DNA of 63,304 nucleotides, the filler included. It is 7 parts of 7 records of this genome, joined end to end, with 100 filler letters (N's around TTAATTAATTAA, not from the genome) between each part and the next. Parts side by side here need not be neighbours in the genome. Positions count along the whole stretch, not along the records: positions 59,562 to 63,304 come from SRR20825010_1714; 6 more parts are not named here. One strand, written 5' to 3'. This document shows, piece by piece, positions 60,295 through 63,304 of the stretch. How positions within the stretch are numbered: the stretch's first letter is position 1; each line of letters opens with the position of its first letter. The translations under genes and the position numbers were made by a program. The notes beneath the pieces are model-generated. The model had not been told where the DNA came from, did no database searches, and worked only from the letters and a program-made list of their open reading frames with translations.

Positions 60295-61530
60295 TCACAT
60301 TTTCAACCGAAGCGTCAGCAAAGCGCGATTGCGGCGATAATCATGGCCGGTTTCGTTTGATTTACGCTGGTCATATCGCCAGGAACCATCCAGTTCCGTA
60401 AAACGGTTGAGTTCATAACGCACGCCCCCGCCAAAGCGCATTAATTTGTCAGTACGTCCAGCCCCCTCAAACCGATCCTGCTGATAGCCAGCGTTAAGGC
60501 GGATGCTTAGCCAGCGGCGCAGTTCATGTTCAATACCGGCATCGAAGCTTTCACCGATAATTCCGCTGGCACCGGTAACGGTGGTTTCCCCGATTTCGCG
60601 TTTGGCACGGAAATCCAACGCAGTCATGCGTGTAATATTCCATGTTGTTGCGGCACGAAGTGAAAATCCTTCGTTATTTTGCAAACGGGAATCCTCATAA
60701 ATTTGCGACATCCATCCAGCCCCGAGATCGGCCTTAATTAAATCGGTAAGGTCAAATGTCATGCCGCCCAGCAATCGGTAACCGTTTGAATTGCGAAAAA
60801 TTCCCTGATCGTCGGGGGTATTTTCATATTCTCGCTGGTTAAAGGTGGTCTCGCCATAAGCTTTGCGGCCTGGTCCCAGTTGATAAGAAGCCCGCATGAT
60901 CAGCCGCAATTCAGTCCGATCCCGATCATCATTATTGGCAATGCCCCCATTGGTGAGCGCGGTATCGTCAAAATCAAGCTGTCGAAAGGCTATGGCGGCA
61001 TGGTAGTGGACATCACCGGCAAAATAGCGAAGGGCAATTTCAGTATTTTTCTCGTCATAGGTGACGGGTTCGCTGGCACCGGTCGGAATATCATCACCGC
61101 CGCGATCTTCGTGACCTTTGGCGATACGGAAATCGCCATCAACAGCAAATGCCGGGCCGATATCCGATCCGGCGGAAACACCAAGTTCGCCATCCAGATA
61201 ATCATCTTCGCCTGATTTGGCGTAAAACCCAGTATCACCAAGAGCTTCAAGCCGTAAGCGGGTCCGTTGCCAATTTGATTGCAAGGTTAAAGCAGGTACT
61301 ACCCGGCTAATGGTGTCGGACTTTTGGTAGCTATCGGACAGAAAAATATTGTCGTTGAATTCCTCTGTCACCGATAGCGATGGCACCAAATCAAAAAGGC
61401 CAAGCTGAATTGTTGTATCTCGCCTGTTCTTTTGTGTCGGTTCAGACTTTGCAAAAGCCATAGGATTGAAACAGTTGGCCAGCAGAATGCTGCAACATAG
61501 TGAAGCAGTCTTAAAGCCAGCGTTTTTCAT
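60295..61530 (-). CDS. Outer-membrane beta-barrel protein of an EPS export locus
   Basis: Signal peptide, FNDNIF, amphipathic strands, YRRNR C-terminus; lies between the sugar transferase and the export gene. Confidence 0.82.
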   Translation of the reverse strand: MKNAGFKTASLCCSILLANCFNPMAFAKSEPTQKNRRDTTIQLGLFDLVPSLSVTEEFNDNIFLSDSYQKSDTISRVVPALTLQSNWQRTRLRLEALGDTGFYAKSGEDDYLDGELGVSAGSDIGPAFAVDGDFRIAKGHEDRGGDDIPTGASEPVTYDEKNTEIALRYFAGDVHYHAAIAFRQLDFDDTALTNGGIANNDDRDRTELRLIMRASYQLGPGRKAYGETTFNQREYENTPDDQGIFRNSNGYRLLGGMTFDLTDLIKADLGAGWMSQIYEDSRLQNNEGFSLRAATTWNITRMTALDFRAKREIGETTVTGASGIIGESFDAGIEHELRRWLSIRLNAGYQQDRFEGAGRTDKLMRFGGGVRYELNRFTELDGSWRYDQRKSNETGHDYRRNRALLTLRLKM

Positions 61531-62192
61531 TCGGTACGACATGATGACAGTGTTTCAGGGGATGTGCGCTTAGGGCCATTCACCCAGTACCAAGGGCGCG
61601 TGATTGTGCAGATCAAAATAAGTATGTCAGATGTCAAAGATTGCTGGTTGATATAGAGAAGATCACAGTCAAGGCGGCTTTTCAGATCAAAACTGGACTG
61701 AATTGGGCCGCGCCAACCATTGATCTGGGCCAGACCTGTGATGCCAGGTGGCACCTGATGGCGTGCATTATAAAGCGCAAAGTGCCGGGCGAAATCGTGA
61801 TTGTCCGCTGGTGTATGCGGGCGTGGCCCGACAAGTGACATATCACCACGAACGATATTGAAAAGCTGCGGCAGCTCGTCCAGACCCCAGCGCCGAATGA
61901 AATTACAGAATTTTGTCGGTGGCAGAGGTGTGCCTTCCGGGCGTATCGAACCCCAAAGAGTGCAGAACTTATAAATATTGAAAGGCCTGCCAAGATACCC
62001 GATGCGAACCTGTTTGAAAAATACGGGGCCACGATGATCGCATTTCAGGGCTATCGCTATCATAAATAGTAAAGGCAGGGCCGCGATAAGTAAGGTTGTG
62101 GCAACTGAAAGATCAAAGAGCCGTTTCGGCAAAGGACTTTGGCCGTGTAAGCCGAATGTTTGCGAGCTCCGCCCCGAAAGCCTCGTTTGCAT
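61527..62192 (-). CDS. Bacterial sugar transferase (priming phosphoglycosyl transferase), divergent
   Basis: KRLFDL, GPVFFKQVRIG, LDELPQLFNIVRGDMSLVGPRP, PGITGLAQING, DLLYI. Confidence 0.9.
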   Translation of the reverse strand: MQTRLSGRSSQTFGLHGQSPLPKRLFDLSVATTLLIAALPLLFMIAIALKCDHRGPVFFKQVRIGYLGRPFNIYKFCTLWGSIRPEGTPLPPTKFCNFIRRWGLDELPQLFNIVRGDMSLVGPRPHTPADNHDFARHFALYNARHQVPPGITGLAQINGWRGPIQSSFDLKSRLDCDLLYINQQSLTSDILILICTITRPWYWVNGPKRTSPETLSSCRTE

Positions 62193-62262
62193 TTTCTGTT
62201 CCCCGCCCGGAATGTGCAGGAAAAGATTAGCGAATTAATCGTAAGACGCCAACGCTTTATAA

Positions 62263-63304
62263 CTAAAGGTTGTTTAAACGCTTTTGACGATATCGTTCGA
62301 ACCACTTTGCCATGATTGGTGCCAGCAATACGATCTCGAAAATGCGGACGATATGATGGAAAGCAACAAAGCTTGGTTCGACATTCAGCGCTAGCGCGAT
62401 AAGGGACATTTCCGCAACGCCACCCGGTGCGAAGGCGAGCAGAACAGCAATATAATCAAGATCCAGCCAGTCAGAAACAAACCAGGCCACTCCGCCGGTG
62501 AAGGCAAGGATCAGCGCAGTGGCAAAGATCGAATAACCTGCAAGACGGGCGAGGAAGGAAAGCTTTACCCCGGCGAAGCGACTGCCAATTGCCGAGCCGA
62601 GGATCAGAAGGCTTCCGGCCAACAACCATCCGGGCAGATTGCCCTCCACAAGACCGGTTACATGCAAAACCATGCTGGCCATCATGGCGCCGGTCATTTC
62701 GGCGGCGGGAATGCCGATTTTTCGGAAAACCAGGACGGTTGCAATCGCACAGAATGCCGTGATCAGTCCCTCGGACAACGTCATCTGGATGGCTTCGCTA
62801 TCGCCATGACCACTTGCGACGACACCGGTGATCATAAGGACGATCAATGGTGCTGACATGACCAGAAGCAGAACGCGCAAACCCTGTGTGAGGGCGATTT
62901 CCTGTTCATTGCCGCCTGCGGCGGCACCCAGAACCACCATTGGCGTCAAACCGCCCGGTGTGGCTGAAAACAAAGCCGTTGCCGGATCGAGTTTTGCGAC
63001 CTTGCTGTAAAACCAGGTAACAACAAGCGTGATGATCGGAACGTAAAGCAGAACCGCAATCATACTGATCGGCCATCGGGCCGCCTGATCAAGGGTATCT
63101 GGGGTAAAGGATGCCCCGAGAAATACGCCGATCACACCCAGAATAACGGAGCGAAATCGCATCGGGATACCCATGCGGACACGCAGCAGGCTGGCGACAA
63201 ATGTCGCGAGCATTGGCCCCATCATCCAGGCAAGCGGCATATTGATGCCGTATGCGATCAATCCGCCCACAAGCCCTATGCCAAGTGCCACAAACAGGTT
63301 TTTG
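62263..63304 (-). CDS. AbrB family membrane protein (AidB-regulator type), 5'-truncated
   Basis: PLAWMMGPM, ATPGGL, AFAPGGVAEMSLIA, HHIVR; two internal repeats. Confidence 0.9.
   Translation of the reverse strand, partial: KNLFVALGIGLVGGLIAYGINMPLAWMMGPMLATFVASLLRVRMGIPMRFRSVILGVIGVFLGASFTPDTLDQAARWPISMIAVLLYVPIITLVVTWFYSKVAKLDPATALFSATPGGLTPMVVLGAAAGGNEQEIALTQGLRVLLLVMSAPLIVLMITGVVASGHGDSEAIQMTLSEGLITAFCAIATVLVFRKIGIPAAEMTGAMMASMVLHVTGLVEGNLPGWLLAGSLLILGSAIGSRFAGVKLSFLARLAGYSIFATALILAFTGGVAWFVSDWLDLDYIAVLLAFAPGGVAEMSLIALALNVEPSFVAFHHIVRIFEIVLLAPIMAKWFERYRQKRLNNL

Overview
This window is not one locus. It is seven unrelated contigs joined by artificial 100-nt spacers (N44-TTAATTAATTAA-N44). 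Taxon labels below are inferred from gene content and order. A (1-22614): marine gammaproteobacterium, Alcanivorax-like, with core genes (thyA-folA, Fur-regulated hemP plus a HemS-like gene, lptM-lysA / dapF-DUF484-xerC-HAD split by a 3-gene insert, rnk, argH, fimS-algR, hemCDXY) and several intergenic elements built from 7-nt repeats. B (22715-34911): alphaproteobacterium with hisH-A-F-E, an islet of orphan genes including a GH130/GT91-like beta-propeller and its unknown partner, an ECF41-like sigma with its own promoter, and a comM gene cut at its Walker B motif by the end of an inserted element carrying TetR/CocE cargo. C (35012-45779) and E (49039-55731): high-GC Phycisphaerales-like planctomycete DNA (PMM/PGM, a KAP-like membrane NTPase, a PqqB-like hydrolase, a dockerin-tailed metalloprotease, an ABC exporter; DUF5916, M20 hydrolase, HD-GYP, ABC binding protein). 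D (45880-48938): alphaproteobacterial dinG and terB-like genes. F (55832-59461): rhizobial usp (perfect FixK box), gpt plus a RIME-like repeat, and an MCP. G (59562-63304): alphaproteobacterial EPS export genes and abrB. I saw no rRNA, tRNA, CRISPR array, integrase or transposase. Best leads: the comM-inserted element end with its three-way ssDNA hairpin, the orphan beta-propeller operon, the stop-codon-anchored heptamer-repeat elements, the His-less HemS paralogue with a candidate HemP-responsive motif, and the KAP-like NTPase.
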